Program-made: the position numbers and the translations under genes
The notes under the pieces: generated by a model
Seen by the model: only the letters and a program-made list of their open reading frames with translations
Told to the model about the DNA's origin: nothing
Databases searched by the model: none
Assembly: GCA_964514595.1 (NCBI GenBank)
Contig: CAZEQZ010000003.1
Location: 1 to 45,443, forward strand
Direction: 5' to 3'
Origin: an uncultured Candidatus Saccharibacteria bacterium
GTDB lineage: Bacteria > Patescibacteriota > Dojkabacteria > SC72
DNA length: 45,443 nucleotides
In this document: piece by piece, positions 44,140 through 45,443 of the stretch
Layout of the letters: each line of letters opens with the position of its first letter
How positions within the stretch are numbered: position 1 is the stretch's first letter

Positions 44140-44508
44140 ATGAGCAATAATAATGCAGAATCATTTATGAAAGGCCTACTCTTTGGAACAGTAGCTGGAG
44201 TAGTGGCCGGTATATTACTTGCACCTAAATCTGGGGCAGAGACAAGGGAGGATATTAAGAAGTTAGCAGAGGAATTAAAAGACAAAGCAGAGGACGCATA
44301 TGCTAAAGCAAGAAGAGAGGTTGAAAGGAAGATAGCACAGGTTAAGAAAGCAGGAGGGAAGATTGATGAAACGAAGTATAAGGCGCTAGTAACAGAGGTT
44401 GTGGATGAATTTAAGAGGGATGCAGAGGTTACATCATCTGCAGCTCAGAAGTTAGCTGAACAACTCAAGGCTGATTGGAGTATGGTTAAGAAGGAGTTAG
44501 CTAAGTAA
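44140..44508 (+). CDS. YtxH domain protein
   Basis: 122 aa. GLLFGTVAGVVAGILLAPKSGAETREDIKK is the YtxH N-terminal signature, followed by charged helices. Confidence 0.8.
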   Translation: MSNNNAESFMKGLLFGTVAGVVAGILLAPKSGAETREDIKKLAEELKDKAEDAYAKARREVERKIAQVKKAGGKIDETKYKALVTEVVDEFKRDAEVTSSAAQKLAEQLKADWSMVKKELAK

Positions 44509-44531
44509 TATATGTTACATATATGAATTAG

Positions 44532-44560
44532 AAAGGGACTAGATATAGTCCCTTTTTCTT
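44532..44560 (+). terminator. rho-independent terminator
   Basis: AAAGGGACT, loop AGATAT, AGTCCCTTT, then TTCTT, starting 24 nt after the YtxH stop codon. Confidence 0.75.
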
Positions 44561-44577
44561 AGTAAAATAACATATAT

Positions 44578-44650
44578 GCGAGAGTAGTTCAGTTGGTAGA
44601 ATGTCTGCTTCCCAAGTAGAAGGTCGCGGGTTCGAATCCCGTCTCTCGCT
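44578..44650 (+). tRNA. tRNA-Gly (anticodon CCC), no encoded CCA
   Basis: Hand fold: acceptor GCGAGAG/CTCTCGC, anticodon stem TCTGC/GTAGA with loop TTCCCAA, T-loop TTCGAAT and discriminator U. Confidence 0.9.
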
Positions 44651-44652
44651 TC

Positions 44653-45279
44653 TTACCTCATACACTTCCCATTACTAAAAGTTTCTGCTAATAACTCTCT
44701 ATCCCTAAACGGGGGTAGATGCTCCGATGGAGACACCTCGTGTACATCATGCACTAATCTAACGTGTAGAGGTTGATTCTCAGTTGGTAGATAGTAAACT
44801 GAATAATTACACTCTTCTATTTGACCTACTGTTGTACAATACATCCTGTCCTGTCTCCTACAATCCCTATCAAATATCCCTCCACATGTTTCTGCTAAGT
44901 TATCGGAGAACCCAATCGTAGCAGATATACCCGGATACTCTAAACCATCTATCTCTACCCTATCCTTCTTTCTAATATCAAAACTAAAGGGAGTTAAATT
45001 ATTATTCCCAACCATAACAACTGGAAGATTGAAAAGATTATGTCCCTCATCTACACAAAATCTTGACAGTAGTATATCCGATGGGACCTCTTCTACAAGT
45101 CTAAGAGGGGAATATATTTTCCCTCCTGGAATTAATTGACTATTCAATAATGCATATGTGACCCTATACCTATACCAATACAAAGACCTAGGTTCCCCAT
45201 CCTCAATATGATTTCTTGGATCCCTATTCTTGTATCTATTCTCTTTTTCTATACAAATTTCACTAAAATCCTTTTCCAC
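44653..45279 (-). CDS. orphan Cys/His/Arg-rich hypothetical protein, compositionally foreign, GTG start
   Basis: 208-aa ORF filling the gap between tRNA-Gly and tRNA-Thr. It has no in-frame ATG near the 5' end (GTG at 45279). About 44% G+C in a 100-nt hand count. Confidence 0.45.
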   Translation of the reverse strand: MEKDFSEICIEKENRYKNRDPRNHIEDGEPRSLYWYRYRVTYALLNSQLIPGGKIYSPLRLVEEVPSDILLSRFCVDEGHNLFNLPVVMVGNNNLTPFSFDIRKKDRVEIDGLEYPGISATIGFSDNLAETCGGIFDRDCRRQDRMYCTTVGQIEECNYSVYYLPTENQPLHVRLVHDVHEVSPSEHLPPFRDRELLAETFSNGKCMR

Positions 45280-45344
45280 AGGCCATTATTATACACTATA
45301 CATAGAATATATTGACATAATAATCATATTTTAATAGCATACTC

Positions 45345-45373
45345 TTGTTGATATTACCATTCTTTGTTACAAT
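45345..45373 (+). promoter_or_regulatory. promoter TTGTTG-17 nt-TGtTACAAT for tRNA-Thr
   Basis: Hexamers at 45345-50 and 45368-73. The mature tRNA 5' end lies 13 nt downstream. Confidence 0.45.
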
Positions 45374-45385
45374 ACTGTTACATTC

Positions 45386-45443
45386 GCTGATGTAGCTCAG
45401 TTGGTAGAGCATTCCCTTCGTAAGGGAACGGTCGATGGTTCGA
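45386..45443 (+). tRNA. tRNA-Thr (anticodon CGU), truncated by the window end
   Basis: Acceptor GCTGATG, D-arm GCTCAGTTGGTAGAGC, anticodon stem TTCCC/GGGAA with loop TTCGTAA. The T-arm is cut at the window end. Confidence 0.85.

Noticed and set aside
1-45443. Alternative genetic code (UGA recoded), as seen in some candidate-phyla lineages.
   Set aside because: TGA terminates at least five ORFs at sensible ends (22556-58, 23405-07, 26184-86, 26202-04, 36852-54). All long housekeeping ORFs are intact under the standard code.
39455-45443. A classical integrative element or prophage at the tRNA genes.
   Set aside because: There is no integrase, recombinase, transposase or phage structural ORF. 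I found no direct repeat of a tRNA 3' segment that could serve as attL/attR. Only compositional anomaly remains, and it is reported as a finding.

Overview
This is an AT-rich, very tightly packed bacterial chromosome segment. Hand counts on single 100-nt samples give about 26-34% G+C in housekeeping genes. The standard genetic code applies: all large housekeeping ORFs are intact and TGA terminates several genes. Gene content and style (small genes, many membrane or secreted hypotheticals, FemAB, sortase, a DUF5320/DUF134 pair, a cupin-PGI-like protein, overlapping start/stop codons) fit an ultra-small Patescibacteria/CPR-type organism; that placement is inference only. All family calls were made by eye from motifs in the supplied translations, and no searches were run.

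Layout:
- 0.04-3.6 kb: membrane protein, DUF5320-like/DUF134 pair, LemA/DUF2207 pair.
- 3.6-18.5 kb: cell-wall and DNA-maintenance genes (FemAB-like, DegT aminotransferase, RsmI-like methyltransferase, mutL, uvrB, nadK, polysaccharide deacetylase, tRNA-Gln, uvrC, dnaE).
- 18.5-23.2 kb: a six-gene, translationally coupled envelope operon. It includes a cupin-PGI-like protein lacking metal ligands, a transglutaminase-like protein lacking the catalytic Cys, and a membrane-tethered HEPN-like protein.
- 23.2-29.7 kb: XRE pair, tRNA-Gly(UCC), rplS with an acidic tail, gpmI, DedA, DUF192, HelD-like helicase.
- 29.7-36.9 kb: sortase locus, with a Cys/Trp-rich secreted protein, a 1442-aa PKD/Ig-repeat adhesin, sortase, a small ORF and a PAP2-like protein.
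- 36.9-39.5 kb: gatA and a GH18 hydrolase.
- 39.5-45.4 kb: a tRNA-punctuated accessory tail (NYN, DUF2726, NUDIX, rnhB, YtxH, tRNA-Lys/Gly/Thr) containing three compositionally foreign orphan genes.

I saw no rRNA, CRISPR array, transposase, integrase or reverse transcriptase.

The strongest candidate for something undescribed is in the 1442-aa adhesin. Its complete LPSTG sorting signal lies in the middle of the ORF and is followed in frame by a second signal-peptide-like segment and about 300 aa of further surface domains. This suggests a sortase-processed surface polyprotein.
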